Part shown: piece by piece, positions 1-10,841 of the stretch
How positions within the stretch are numbered: position 1 is the first letter of the stretch
Layout: the number at the start of each line of letters is the position of its first letter
Source of the DNA: an uncultured Lachnospiraceae bacterium
GTDB taxonomy: Bacteria > Bacillota > Clostridia > Oscillospirales > CAG-272
Direction of reading: 5' to 3'
NCBI GenBank assembly: GCA_964456045.1
Contig: CAYWAD010000003.1
Coordinates: 1-46,765, forward strand
Length of the DNA: 46,765 bases
Program-made: the position numbers and the translations under genes
The notes under the pieces: generated by a model
Databases searched by the model: none
Seen by the model: only the letters and a program-made list of their open reading frames with translations
Told to the model about the DNA's origin: nothing

Positions 1-159
1 GTCTGCCGCACGAAAATACGGGTTAACCGTGTCAAGGTCGATCAGCGTTACTTTGCGCTCCGGATGCTCGTTTTTCGTTTTTATCGCAAGCGCCGTTGCG
101 ACATTTGTTTTGCCGGCACCGTAATGACCGGCGATTATAATGATCCTGTTTTTGAACAT
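1..159 (-). CDS. P-loop ATP-binding protein (ParA/MinD/CobQ-like), 5' part only
   Basis: Manual translation: MFKNRIIIIAGHYGAGKTNVATALA...VTLIDLDTVNPYFRAAD, with Walker A GHYGAGKT and DLD motif; runs off the window edge. Confidence 0.8.
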   Translation of the reverse strand, partial: MFKNRIIIIAGHYGAGKTNVATALAIKTKNEHPERKVTLIDLDTVNPYFRAAD

Positions 160-190
160 AGCTTTTCCAAATTAAAAATGTTTATTTGAC

Positions 191-218
191 ATTATAGCAT
201 AAACGAATAATTATTGAA
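191..218 (-). promoter_or_regulatory. sigma-A-like promoter of the P-loop gene
   Basis: Minus strand TTCAAT-N16-TATAAT with extended -10 TG. Confidence 0.5.
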
Positions 219-353
219 AGAGTTATTTCGTTAAAATATTCGAAAAAACGATAATTTTATATGTAAAAATTGCATATTGGCGTCTGAAACGGGAAACTTA
301 ACGATCAAGAGGTTGCTTTTGCGCTAAAATATATTATTTTTTTGTGATTTTAT

Positions 354-382
354 TTGAACTATTTGCAATTTCGTGATATAAT
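354..382 (+). promoter_or_regulatory. sigma-A-like promoter of the cdaA operon
   Basis: TTGAAC-N17-TATAAT with TG extended -10. Confidence 0.6.
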
Positions 383-457
383 AATCTCCTAACTATGCAA
401 TAATCGCAGTATTGGCGCTGTTTTTAACAGCCGTATATAATGTGCGGAGGTGAAAGC

Positions 458-1339
458 ATGAACGTGTTCTTTGAATGGGCGGAAGCTTTTGTTAATGACA
501 TTTGGGAAACCTTGAAGCTTATGCGCCTTGTTGACGTTTTCGATATTCTTTTCGTCAGCGTTTTGTTTTACTATATATATAAATTTATAAAAACCAGACG
601 TGCCGGCAAGCTTGCGCTCGGCGTTGCGGTTTTTATAGTCCTGCTTATGCTTACACGTGCATTCGATATGCAGACGGCGCAGTTTCTTTTGACAAACGTG
701 TTCCAAATCGGACTTATCACCGTCATAGTCGTGTTCCAACCGGAGCTGAGATCGGCACTTGAAATGCTCGGCGGCGAATCCATAAAGGGCGTCAAAGCGC
801 TCGGCGAATCAAAATCCGCGGAAAATATCAAGGTTGTTATCGACGAAGTTACCGAAGCGGTGTTCGATATGTCCGAGGAAAAGACGGGTGCGCTCATCGT
901 TATGGAGCGGACAACGCTTTTGGGTGACCAGATCATCACCGGCACCGTCATTAATTCCGACGTTCAGGCCGAGCTGATAAAAAACATCTTCTTTAATAAA
1001 GCTCCCCTGCATGACGGCGCAATGATAATCCGTAACGGCAGAATTCATGCCGCCGGATGCTTGCTTCCGCTCACACAACGTACCGACTTGATAAAAGCGC
1101 TCGGTATGCGTCACCGCGCCGCAATCGGACTTTCCGAAAACAGTGATGCTGTTGTTGTGGTAGTCAGTGAGGAAACCGGAAATGTTTCCGTTGTGATAGG
1201 CGGAGAAATTACGCGAAATTATACAAGTGAAAAGCTGAAAACGGAGCTTAACTCGATTTTCGGTGCCGAGGAAGACTCAACGACTAAATACGGCGTTATC
1301 AAGCGCGTGAAAATGCAAAAAAACAAAAAAGAAAGCTGA
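458..1339 (+). CDS. cdaA: Diadenylate cyclase CdaA (DacA)
   Basis: Three N-terminal TM segments, PLHDGA and GMRHRAA motifs, VVSEETG; start moved to ATG 458 after GGAGGTG. Confidence 0.95.
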   Translation: MNVFFEWAEAFVNDIWETLKLMRLVDVFDILFVSVLFYYIYKFIKTRRAGKLALGVAVFIVLLMLTRAFDMQTAQFLLTNVFQIGLITVIVVFQPELRSALEMLGGESIKGVKALGESKSAENIKVVIDEVTEAVFDMSEEKTGALIVMERTTLLGDQIITGTVINSDVQAELIKNIFFNKAPLHDGAMIIRNGRIHAAGCLLPLTQRTDLIKALGMRHRAAIGLSENSDAVVVVVSEETGNVSVVIGGEITRNYTSEKLKTELNSIFGAEEDSTTKYGVIKRVKMQKNKKES

Positions 1340-1355
1340 GAGGAGGCGATTCGAG

Positions 1356-2609
1356 ATGAAAAAAAAGACGGAAACTCGTAAAAATTATCATATTGCGGCG
1401 AAACTCGTCTGTCTGCTCATCGCAATCGTGCTTTGGATATATGTTATGGATTCCGAAAACCCCGATTGGGAGGAAACCTTCTCCGGCATCCCGATAACTC
1501 TCATAAACACGGATGATATAGAGATCGATAACGGTCTTACCATATACAGCGGCTACTCAAATACTATAGATATTACCGTTCGCGGCAGAAAAAATGAAAT
1601 TTCTCAAATAACCGCAGAGGATTTTACCGTCACCGCAGACGTTAAATCCATAGAATCCGTTGGCGAATATACGCTTGCTGTTGACGTTTCGACAGACAAG
1701 GACGCAACGATCGTGTACCGTTCGGTCGAAAGTGTTACGGTGCTTGTCGATAAAAAGGAGACGAGAACGCTTGAAGTTAAAACCAAATACGGCGAGCTTA
1801 TAATCGAATCCGAATATTCGCTCGGTGACCCGGAGCTTTCAATCGAAACCATAACGGTTACGGGCCCGTCGCGCTATCTTTCCGATATTGATTATGCGGA
1901 AGCCGTGATTCCGGATCTCGGTCGCGTTACCTCGTCTTTGACGGTTTATGCTAACATTAATCTTATAGATAAAGACGGAAGTGTCGTTACAAATCCTTAC
2001 GTTTCAGCGACAAATACCGAGGTTAGCGTTAAGATTCCGGTCTACGCATATAAGGAAGTGCCGCTTTCCGTCAACTGCAAATACGGTTATTTTAATAACG
2101 AAAACAGCTCGATTACCTTGTCCGTAAATTCGGTTTACGTTAAGGGGGATGCCGCGCTTGTGTCCGATTTGGATACGATAGTTGTTACAACGATTGACGA
2201 AAAAAAGGTCGATGACGATGAAACAATTACGGTAAAGCTCACCATGCCGGACGGAATCGAAAATCTCTCCGGTGTGGAATTCGTGGACGTAACCGTTGCG
2301 AATATCGGAACAATGACTCGTCAGTTTATGATACAGACGGAAAATATTGAAATCGAAAATCCCAACGGAGCGATTTACACCATTGACGATAAATATTTAA
2401 GCGTCATTTTGCGCGGTTCGACTAAGGAGCTTTACAACAACGAATTACAGCGCTCAAATATCGTAGCCAGGATAGATCTTTCCGTTTATGACGAATCCAC
2501 GGTGGGAACAATAACCGTTCCCGTCGCCATTGAAATCAATTCCGAGTATATTATCTATGAGGTCGGAACGTATTCGATTGAGGTTGAATTCGGAGCGAAA
2601 GCGGAATAA
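1356..2609 (+). CDS. cdaR: CdaR/YbbR-domain regulator of CdaA
   Basis: N-terminal TM (IAIVLWIYV), repeated beta-rich V.V.G YbbR-like units, directly after cdaA. Confidence 0.85.
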   Translation: MKKKTETRKNYHIAAKLVCLLIAIVLWIYVMDSENPDWEETFSGIPITLINTDDIEIDNGLTIYSGYSNTIDITVRGRKNEISQITAEDFTVTADVKSIESVGEYTLAVDVSTDKDATIVYRSVESVTVLVDKKETRTLEVKTKYGELIIESEYSLGDPELSIETITVTGPSRYLSDIDYAEAVIPDLGRVTSSLTVYANINLIDKDGSVVTNPYVSATNTEVSVKIPVYAYKEVPLSVNCKYGYFNNENSSITLSVNSVYVKGDAALVSDLDTIVVTTIDEKKVDDDETITVKLTMPDGIENLSGVEFVDVTVANIGTMTRQFMIQTENIEIENPNGAIYTIDDKYLSVILRGSTKELYNNELQRSNIVARIDLSVYDESTVGTITVPVAIEINSEYIIYEVGTYSIEVEFGAKAE

Positions 2610-2634
2610 TAACTTTTCTGAACAAGAGGAATAA

Positions 2635-4803
2635 ATGTCAGCAGAAACAAAATACAGGAGCAAGCGAAAATGGGAGGTCGTCGGTGAGACGGACGAAAAT
2701 GTTGTTTGCTCCATAAAAGAAACCCTCGGCGTTTCGGCGGCGCTTGCAAGATTGCTTTATAAAAGGGGCTGTAAAACTCCGGACGAAGCCGGCGCATTTA
2801 TAAGACGTGAAACAGGCGCGTTTCATAATCCGTACCTAATGCCGGACATAAAAAAGGCAATAGAAAAAATTAAAATCGCGCTTTCCGAGAATAAAAAAAT
2901 AATGATTTACGGCGATTACGACGTTGACGGAGTTACTTCTGTGAGTGTGCTGTACCTTTACCTCGCTTCTTTCGGCGCGAATGTCGAATATTATATCCCG
3001 AAGCGCAGTAACGAAGGATATGGTATGTCAGAGGGCGTCGTCAGACGTATGATCGAGGAGGGAGCAGGCCTTATAATCACCGTTGATACGGGAATCACCG
3101 CGATTGACGAAATAAAGCTTGCCAAATCGCTCGGCTGCGATGTCGTCGTCACGGATCATCACGAGTGCAGGGAAGAACTTCCCGCGGCTGACGCGGTCGT
3201 TAACCCCCAAAGGCACGACAGTGAGTATCCTTTCTCCGAGCTTGCGGGCGTGGGGGTTGTGTATAAACTCGTGTGTGCGCTCGAAAATGAGCTTCGCACT
3301 GACGGAGACCTCGAACGTGCTGTTATGAATGTCAGCAATAAATATATCGACCTTGTCGCTATCGGTACCGTTGCCGATGTTATGCCCGTGCGCGATGAAA
3401 ACAGGCATATAATCAGCTATGGACTTTCGCGAATGGACTCCGAAAAAAGGCTCGGACTTGAAGCGCTTTTCGAAAGCGCTTCCGGCGGCAAACAAACAGC
3501 GTACAAAACCCAAAGAATAACCTCAAGCTATATCAGCTATACGATCGCACCGCGTATCAATGCGGCAGGACGAATCAACGATGCTTCCGTTGCCGTTGAG
3601 CTGTTTCTTACGGATGACGAAGCACGCGCGCATGAGCTTGCGGAAAAGCTTTGCGCCGTCAACAGGGAAAGGCAGCTCCTCGAAAACGTAATTGCGGAGG
3701 AAGCTTATGCAAAGGTTGAAAAAACGCACGATTTTGCAAACGATCCCGTTATTATCGTGTCCGACGAAAAGTGGCACAACGGTATCATCGGTATTGTTGC
3801 GTCGAGAGTTACGGAAAAGTTCGGATGCCCATCGATCCTCATATCGTTTGAGGGCTGCGACGGAAAACCGGATGATTTCGGAAAAGGTTCCGGAAGAAGT
3901 GTTCGCGGACTGAATTTAGTTGAAACGCTCGGCACGTGCGACGAATATTTGGAAAAATACGGCGGTCATGAGCTGGCGGCAGGACTTACGGTTCGACGCG
4001 ACAAGCTCGACGAGTTGAAACGTGCCATCAACGAAGCGGCGAGAAAAAGTCTTGCGGCTTCAACGGAGGAACCCACGCTTACGGCGGATGATGTGCTTGA
4101 ATTTGATGAAGCAAATTTGAGGCTCGCAGAGGAGTTGCTCCTGCTTGAGCCTTACGGCGTCGGAAATCCGACTCCCGTGTACATAACAACCGGGCTGACC
4201 GTCAAAAACGTGTTCGGTGTCGGTTCGAATAAGCATACGAGACTGACCTTGACTGACGGAAGATCCACCATCACCGCGATGTGCTTTTCCGTTTCACCGG
4301 AGGAGCTTGATGTGTATGCAGGCGACGCGGTTGACGTTATGTATAATCTTGACGTAAACGAGTTCCGCGGCGAACGCTCGGCTCAGATGATCGTGCGCGC
4401 CGTGAGAAAAAGCGAGGAACAGCTTGAATCCGAGCGAAGCGAATATGAGCTTTACAAAAAAATGCTCAACGGCGAAGATATAGACAGTGACGTGAAGCTG
4501 GACGGATATATCCCGTCAAGAGAGGATTTTGCCGCTGTATTTCGCGTCATGCGTCACGAAATCAGCATGAAACGTACGGACGTTACGGCAAGAGGCGCGG
4601 CGGCGCTTGTTGACGGAATGGTAAGCATGAATTATATCAAGCTGCGCTTGATTTTCGATATTTTCTCGGAAATGAATATTTTGACGGTCAAAGAAACAGA
4701 CAGGGACAGATTCACAGTCGGCAGATCGCCGTCAAACGAAAAGGTTCAGCTTGAAAAATCCAATATTTTAAGAAGACTTATAGCTAAGTATAAGAACAGA
4801 TAA
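2635..4803 (+). CDS. recJ: ssDNA-specific exonuclease RecJ
   Basis: GDYDVDG, TDHH, PRINAAGR, GSGRS, GGHELAAG motifs. Confidence 0.95.
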   Translation: MSAETKYRSKRKWEVVGETDENVVCSIKETLGVSAALARLLYKRGCKTPDEAGAFIRRETGAFHNPYLMPDIKKAIEKIKIALSENKKIMIYGDYDVDGVTSVSVLYLYLASFGANVEYYIPKRSNEGYGMSEGVVRRMIEEGAGLIITVDTGITAIDEIKLAKSLGCDVVVTDHHECREELPAADAVVNPQRHDSEYPFSELAGVGVVYKLVCALENELRTDGDLERAVMNVSNKYIDLVAIGTVADVMPVRDENRHIISYGLSRMDSEKRLGLEALFESASGGKQTAYKTQRITSSYISYTIAPRINAAGRINDASVAVELFLTDDEARAHELAEKLCAVNRERQLLENVIAEEAYAKVEKTHDFANDPVIIVSDEKWHNGIIGIVASRVTEKFGCPSILISFEGCDGKPDDFGKGSGRSVRGLNLVETLGTCDEYLEKYGGHELAAGLTVRRDKLDELKRAINEAARKSLAASTEEPTLTADDVLEFDEANLRLAEELLLLEPYGVGNPTPVYITTGLTVKNVFGVGSNKHTRLTLTDGRSTITAMCFSVSPEELDVYAGDAVDVMYNLDVNEFRGERSAQMIVRAVRKSEEQLESERSEYELYKKMLNGEDIDSDVKLDGYIPSREDFAAVFRVMRHEISMKRTDVTARGAAALVDGMVSMNYIKLRLIFDIFSEMNILTVKETDRDRFTVGRSPSNEKVQLEKSNILRRLIAKYKNR

Positions 4804-4836
4804 TCCCGGCTATCGTAACGACGGAGGTGACGGCAG

Positions 4837-7062
4837 ATGGATGACGTAAAAATGGTTGAAGAACGCGAGGAGCTTTATTCTAAGTTTTCGAAAACGATTG
4901 CAACATACGGAAAATTTTATAATTGGGATAAGATTCGCGCGGCTTTTGATTACGCATATGATCTGCATGACGGCCAGTATCGTCAAAGCGGAGAGGCTTA
5001 TATACACCACCCGGTTGCCGTTGCGGAGATAGCCGCTTCGCTCGGTCTCGATACGGACAGTATCGTTACCGCGCTTTTGCACGATACCGTTGAGGACTGT
5101 CCGGATAAGACGAACATAGATGAGATAACGGCTCGCTTCGGAACTACCGTCGCCGAGCTTGTGGACGGACTTACGAAAATGGTCTCGATCCATGTCGAGG
5201 ATAGGGAATCTCGCCAGATTGAGAACATCAGAAAGATGCTGCTCGCAATGTCCAAGGATATAAGAGTTATCTTTATCAAACTCTGCGACAGACTTCACAA
5301 TATGCGTACACTCGGTGCGCGACCGGAGGCGAAACGCCGCTCAACCGCGCTCGAAACAATGTATGTCTACGCGCCGCTCGCACATCGTCTCGGTATCCAA
5401 AAAATCAAGCAGGAGCTTGAAAATCTCGCGCTTTCCTACCTTGACCCTATCGGCTATTCCGAAGTCAGCGAATATATCGACAAAAAATACGGTCAAACGC
5501 GCGATTTTATCGAAAATGTAAAGCAGTATATCGAATCCAAGCTTTCGAAATACGATATTGACTTCACTCTGTCCGGCAGAGTTAAAACGGTATTCAGCAC
5601 GTACCATAAAATGTACGATCAAAAAAAGAATTTCGACGAAATATACGACTTTTACGCAATTCGAATAATCGTCGGAACAGAGCTTGAATGTTATACCGTT
5701 CTCGGCATAATTCACGAGCTTTATAAATCAATGCCCGGCCGCTTCAAGGACTATATTTCAACGCCTAAGCCCAATATGTATCAGTCACTTCATACGACTG
5801 TCATCGGACGTGACGGAATCCCGTTCGAGGTTCAGATCCGTACGCGCGAAATGCATCAGATCGCGGAATACGGTATTGCGGCGCATTGGAAATATAAGTC
5901 CGGAGCGCAATCACGGGACGAAATTGACAAAAAGCTTCAGTGGATCTCGAAACTTATCGAGATCGAGGACGATACTCGCGACTCGGATGAGTTTCTCGAA
6001 GCATTTAAGATCGACGTTTACCACGACGAAACCTTCGTCTTTACGCCTAAAGGCGATATTATCGCGCTTCCGCAGGGGTCGACTATCATCGACTTTGCCT
6101 ATGCGATACATTCCGCCGTCGGTAACAGAATGATAGGCGCTAAGGTCAACGGAGTCATCGCGCCGATAGACCGTGTCCCGAATAACGGAGAAATCGTTGA
6201 AATACTTACATCTTCCGCTTCCAAGGGTCCCAGCCGAGACTGGCTCAAAATCGCGGCAACAAGCGAAGCGAGAGGAAAAATCCGCGCTTGGTTCAAAAAA
6301 GAAAAACGACCCGAAAACATCCTCGTCGGTAAAGCTGATATTGACCGCGAATTTACAAAATTCGCAAGAGATTATACAGAGACGCAGAAGCAGGAAATCG
6401 TCACAAACGTCGCGCGGCGTATAGGAATCCAGTCCGCGGACGACCTTTATAACACCCTCGGTTACGGCGGTATCTCGATGACGAAGATCCTTCAAAAGCT
6501 GAAGGACGAGTTTGATCGTGTGGTAAAAGCGGAGGTGCCGACAGTTCCGCTCGTCGCGGAAAATGTTCACACAACGTCAAAACGTGTGAAATCCTCAAGC
6601 GGTATAGTCGTTGACGGCGAAACCGGCTGCTCGGTCAAGTTCGCAAAATGCTGCAATCCGCTCCCCGGTGACCCCGTAATCGGATTTATCACCAAAGGCT
6701 ACGGCATTTCCATTCATAAACGAGACTGTCCCAATGTCGTTAAGGCTCTGAACCGTCCCGACGCGGACGCACAAAGATGGGTCTCCGCACATTGGAACGC
6801 AGCAGAACAAACCCCCGGCGATCTTTACGAAGCGATACTTCAGATCTTCGCGGTTAATTCCTTTACGATAATCGCGGATATAACGGCGATTCTCGCGGAT
6901 ATGAAGGTGTCTATCCTTTCTATCACGACCAAGAAAAAAACAGAGGACGAGCTTGTCATAAACATGAAGATCGCTTGCAAAAATATGAGCCATTATAACT
7001 CAATCGTTTCGAGAATGCGCGGATTGCGCGATGTCACATCCATTTCGCGCGGCTTTAACTGA
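4837..7062 (+). CDS. relA: Bifunctional (p)ppGpp synthetase/hydrolase Rel
   Basis: LLHDTVED hydrolase motif, YQSLHT, EVQIRT, AAHWKYK, TGS (FTPKG), CCNP, C-terminal ACT. Confidence 0.95.
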   Translation: MDDVKMVEEREELYSKFSKTIATYGKFYNWDKIRAAFDYAYDLHDGQYRQSGEAYIHHPVAVAEIAASLGLDTDSIVTALLHDTVEDCPDKTNIDEITARFGTTVAELVDGLTKMVSIHVEDRESRQIENIRKMLLAMSKDIRVIFIKLCDRLHNMRTLGARPEAKRRSTALETMYVYAPLAHRLGIQKIKQELENLALSYLDPIGYSEVSEYIDKKYGQTRDFIENVKQYIESKLSKYDIDFTLSGRVKTVFSTYHKMYDQKKNFDEIYDFYAIRIIVGTELECYTVLGIIHELYKSMPGRFKDYISTPKPNMYQSLHTTVIGRDGIPFEVQIRTREMHQIAEYGIAAHWKYKSGAQSRDEIDKKLQWISKLIEIEDDTRDSDEFLEAFKIDVYHDETFVFTPKGDIIALPQGSTIIDFAYAIHSAVGNRMIGAKVNGVIAPIDRVPNNGEIVEILTSSASKGPSRDWLKIAATSEARGKIRAWFKKEKRPENILVGKADIDREFTKFARDYTETQKQEIVTNVARRIGIQSADDLYNTLGYGGISMTKILQKLKDEFDRVVKAEVPTVPLVAENVHTTSKRVKSSSGIVVDGETGCSVKFAKCCNPLPGDPVIGFITKGYGISIHKRDCPNVVKALNRPDADAQRWVSAHWNAAEQTPGDLYEAILQIFAVNSFTIIADITAILADMKVSILSITTKKKTEDELVINMKIACKNMSHYNSIVSRMRGLRDVTSISRGFN

Positions 7063-7084
7063 TTTTTGAAAAACGGAGAAAATT

Positions 7085-7540
7085 ATGATTGCAATAGTTG
7101 AACGTGTGCACCGCGCGGAAGTGTCCGTTGACGGGGAAAGCGTCGGAAAATGCGGTCACGGACTGATGATCGCCGTCGGTATCACACATACGGATACGTC
7201 CGCTGACGTGCGAACTCTTGTTGATAAGATACTCAAGCTCCGCATATTCCGTGACGAAAACGGAAAATTGAATCTTTCCGTTCGCGATGTCGGCGGAAGC
7301 ATCCTCGTTATATCGAATTTTACACTTATGGCAAACTGCTATCGCGGTACACGTCCCGATTATTCAAATGCGGCGCCGAGAGAGGTTTCGTATCCGCTTT
7401 ATCGCGAGTTCATAGACGAAATCAACAGCCGCGGAATTCACGCCGAATGCGGTCAATTCGGCGCGAGAATGTCTATTGATATGGAAATGGACGGTCCTGT
7501 GATAATACCGCTGGATTCCAATAATCTTCCGCGTAAGTAA
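7085..7540 (+). CDS. dtd: D-aminoacyl-tRNA deacylase
   Basis: RIF.DENGKLN, SNFTL, FGA.M, DGPV; follows rel as usual in Firmicutes. Confidence 0.93.
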   Translation: MIAIVERVHRAEVSVDGESVGKCGHGLMIAVGITHTDTSADVRTLVDKILKLRIFRDENGKLNLSVRDVGGSILVISNFTLMANCYRGTRPDYSNAAPREVSYPLYREFIDEINSRGIHAECGQFGARMSIDMEMDGPVIIPLDSNNLPRK

Positions 7541-7587
7541 ACGCAAAATAAAAATTTTCAGCCGCTCTCTGCGGCGTGGAGACAAAA

Positions 7588-9129
7588 ATGAAATTGACAG
7601 TCGAAACAGACGGAAAAATAGAAATAAATCAGTATTATTTTCAAACCCTGTGCATGATTTTTTGGCCCGGAGTGCGCTTCGGTGCGGATTCGAGAAACGA
7701 AGAGGACGCTCCCGAAGTCTCGTTTAGAATCAGCACAAACGCTGACGGTGTGACAGCTCGCGTTACCATCGCCGATAAGATCAGAATGGCGTCGGTCGAA
7801 AGAAGCGTCGCTTTTTCGGATGAGCATACCGAACAAATGACCGCAAAGCTTGCGGCAGGCTCCGCCATACTTGCGGCAGGTGCCGAATTTATGCATTATT
7901 CGCCCTCGTGGGGCGTTATGACAGGCGTGCGCCCGTCAAAGGTCGCGAGCGATTACCTCAGACGTGGCTATTCCGCGGCAAAAACGAAAGCCGCTTTGCG
8001 CCAGAATTATTATCTGTTCCCCAAAAAAGCGTCGCTCGTTACGGAAATTGCACAGCTTGAAGCAAAGCTCGCAAAGCCGTATTATAACGGTTGGTGCAGC
8101 CTTTACGTGTCGATACCGTTCTGCCCGTCGAGATGCGCGTATTGCTCGTTTGTGTCCTATACGTCCAAAAAATTGCTTTCGCTTATCCCGACTTATGTCG
8201 ATATGCTTTGCGAAGAAATAGATTTGAGACTCGATGTCATTCGTCAGCTCGGCTTGAAGGTCGCTTCCGTGTATATCGGCGGCGGTACGCCTACTATCCT
8301 TACCGAGGAACAGCTCGAACGCGTTCTGACACATATAAACAACGGAATAGATATGGATGAGCTTGCGGAATTCACGCTTGAAGCAGGCAGACCGGATACG
8401 ATAACGCAGGAAAAGCTCCGTATTGCCAAACGTCTCGGCGTTACACGCATCAGCGTAAATACGCAGACTATAAACAATACCGTCCTCGAAAGTATCGGCA
8501 GGGCACATACCGCGGAGGATTTCTTCCGCGCGTATGAGCTGGCGGTCAATTCGGATATCGACTGCATCAATACTGACCTCATTGCAGGGCTTCCCGGCGA
8601 AAACTTCATAAGCTTTTCGCAGTCGTTCGATAAGGTGCTTGAACTTCACCCCGAAAATATCACTGTGCATACATTTTCCGTCAAAAAGGCGGCGGATATA
8701 CTTAAGCACGGCGCGTCCGTTTATTCGCGTGTGAATAACGATGCGGGAAAAAGCGTCGATTATTCGCAGATCAAGGCGAAAGCTTCCGGCTACAGACCGT
8801 ATTATCTGTACAGACAGAAAAATACCGTCGGCAACTATGAAAATGTCGGCTTTGCGCTCAAAGGTTATGAAGGGCTTTACAATATCTTTATGATGGAGGA
8901 GATCCATACCGTGTTTGCGGCGGGCGCAGGCGCAGTCAACAGGCTTGTCGCGCCTACGCTTTTCGGAACCGAAAACGGAAATTCTCCTAAGATAAAGCGC
9001 ATATTTAACCCCAAATATCCGTATGAATATTTATCTGAAACGGATCCGGCACGCAGAACTGCGGCGATCATCGAGGATAATAAAAAAATTATTGAATTTT
9101 ATATGGAATGCGGATCGCCCGAAATCTGA
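7588..9129 (+). CDS. hemZ: Radical SAM HemZ (HemN-like)
   Basis: WGVMTGVRP, CPSRCAYC, GGGTP, EAGRPDT, PYYLYRQK; start ATG 7588 after GGAG. Confidence 0.9.
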   Translation: MKLTVETDGKIEINQYYFQTLCMIFWPGVRFGADSRNEEDAPEVSFRISTNADGVTARVTIADKIRMASVERSVAFSDEHTEQMTAKLAAGSAILAAGAEFMHYSPSWGVMTGVRPSKVASDYLRRGYSAAKTKAALRQNYYLFPKKASLVTEIAQLEAKLAKPYYNGWCSLYVSIPFCPSRCAYCSFVSYTSKKLLSLIPTYVDMLCEEIDLRLDVIRQLGLKVASVYIGGGTPTILTEEQLERVLTHINNGIDMDELAEFTLEAGRPDTITQEKLRIAKRLGVTRISVNTQTINNTVLESIGRAHTAEDFFRAYELAVNSDIDCINTDLIAGLPGENFISFSQSFDKVLELHPENITVHTFSVKKAADILKHGASVYSRVNNDAGKSVDYSQIKAKASGYRPYYLYRQKNTVGNYENVGFALKGYEGLYNIFMMEEIHTVFAAGAGAVNRLVAPTLFGTENGNSPKIKRIFNPKYPYEYLSETDPARRTAAIIEDNKKIIEFYMECGSPEI

Positions 9130-9153
9130 TTCCATATAGGAACGGAGATTATT

Positions 9154-10824
9154 ATGTCGGAAAATTCGGCATCGAAAAAAACGGTCAAGCGCAGCACCAA
9201 GCTGTTCATTTCAGGCGTGCTTGTTCTTACCGTTGCCAATGTAATAAACAAAATTCTCGGACTTTGCTTCAAAATTCCGCTTGAGCATTATGTCGGTAGC
9301 GAGGGAATGGGATACTTTAATCAGGCGTATACCATCTATACCTGGCTTTACATGGTGTCCACAACCGGCTTGCCTACCGCAGTTTCGATGATGATTTCGG
9401 AATCGCGCGCGAAGGGAAATACGCTTGAAACAAAGCGTGTTTACAGAGTGACGATGATTCTGTTTGTCGTAGTCGGACTTATCGGAACAACGCTTATGAT
9501 GGCAGGTTCCGGTATTTTCTCAAAGCTTACGCAGTCCCCTAAAGCGGAAACTGCCATAATCTTCATCGGACCGACGCTGTTCTTCATTTGTATATCAAGC
9601 GCGCTCCGCGGATATTTCCAAGGCTATCAAGTTATGGTACCGACGGCGATCTCCCAGTTCATAGAATCGCTTTGCAAATTTGTAATAGGTATAATATTCG
9701 CGCTTTGGGCGCTCGACCGCGGATATGAGATTCATATCGTCGCCGCTTATGCGATTCTCGGCATAACTATCGGCGCCGGACTCGGTATGTTTTATCTCGT
9801 TCTTTCGAAATGGTTCTTCAGGGAAGAAAAATATAACGAGGAATACCTCGTTGATGCAGCGGTCGAACAGCCCGTTTCTCCCGTTAAAACAATACTGAAA
9901 CGACTCATCATTATCGCGATTCCGATCACAATAAGCGCGTCTATGCTCAGTATGACCGAGTTTATCGACCTTACGATATTGATGCGCCGCTTGCAGGACA
10001 TCGGTTATTCGGAGGAAGCGGCAAATGCACTTTACGGCAACTGGAAAACCTGCGTCGTGCCGCTGTTCAATCTCCCTCCCGTGCTGATATACCCGATCTC
10101 ATACTCGCTCGTGCCGATGATTCGTGCAACACTTACGAGAGGCGAACGTGATCGCGCCGAAACATATATGAATATGTCAATTCGCGTCTGCGCTATTCTT
10201 TCGATTCCGTGTGCGCTCGGTATGTCCGTGATGTCCAAACCGATACTTAAGCTCATCTTCTCAGAGGAAGGCGCGGAAATGGGTGCTCCGCTCCTCTCTA
10301 TACTCGCACCTGCTGTGTTCTTTGTATGTATGCTTTCTATCTCCAATGCTCTGCTTCAGGCGAGCGGTCATGAAAGAAAGCCTATCATATCCATGCTTGC
10401 CGGCGCTGTCGTTAAGCTTGTGTCCACGTATGTACTCGTCGGAATTCCCACAATCGGAATATACGGTACACCGATCGGTACCTTGCTGTGCTATTTTACG
10501 GTAACGGCATTCAATACCTACTTCTTGATTAAGTACGTCAAAGTTAAGCTTGACTTTAAGGGAATGTTCCTGCGTCCGCTGCTTGCCGGCGTGATCTGCG
10601 CCGCTTCCGCGTTCGGATCGTATAAGCTTTTCGGAGTAATTCTTTCCGGATTTATGTACGAATCGCCTGCTTATAAGCTCGCAACGCTTGCCGGCATCCT
10701 TGTCGCAGTCCTTGTATATCTCGTTTTGATATTCAAACTCAAGGCAATAACCGAGGAGGATCTCAGGACGATCCCAAAAGGCGAAAAAATGCTTGTGATT
10801 ATGAAAAAAATAAAACTGATGTAA
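9154..10824 (+). CDS. MOP-family flippase (SpoVB/YabM-like)
   Basis: Many TM segments, EGMGYF, RGYFQG...PTAISQ; yabM position before mazG. Confidence 0.85.
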   Translation: MSENSASKKTVKRSTKLFISGVLVLTVANVINKILGLCFKIPLEHYVGSEGMGYFNQAYTIYTWLYMVSTTGLPTAVSMMISESRAKGNTLETKRVYRVTMILFVVVGLIGTTLMMAGSGIFSKLTQSPKAETAIIFIGPTLFFICISSALRGYFQGYQVMVPTAISQFIESLCKFVIGIIFALWALDRGYEIHIVAAYAILGITIGAGLGMFYLVLSKWFFREEKYNEEYLVDAAVEQPVSPVKTILKRLIIIAIPITISASMLSMTEFIDLTILMRRLQDIGYSEEAANALYGNWKTCVVPLFNLPPVLIYPISYSLVPMIRATLTRGERDRAETYMNMSIRVCAILSIPCALGMSVMSKPILKLIFSEEGAEMGAPLLSILAPAVFFVCMLSISNALLQASGHERKPIISMLAGAVVKLVSTYVLVGIPTIGIYGTPIGTLLCYFTVTAFNTYFLIKYVKVKLDFKGMFLRPLLAGVICAASAFGSYKLFGVILSGFMYESPAYKLATLAGILVAVLVYLVLIFKLKAITEEDLRTIPKGEKMLVIMKKIKLM

Positions 10825-10841
10825 CGTAACGGAGCGTTGAA

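Noticed and set aside
383-457. Possible riboswitch (e.g. c-di-AMP) in the cdaA leader
   Set aside because: Only a short GCTGTT/AACAGC hairpin; too short and lacks ydaO-type motifs or an expression platform.
7936-8907. 323-aa ORF antisense to hemZ, and the many shorter overlapping ORFs in the track
   Set aside because: Shadows of well-supported genes with no independent expression signals seen.
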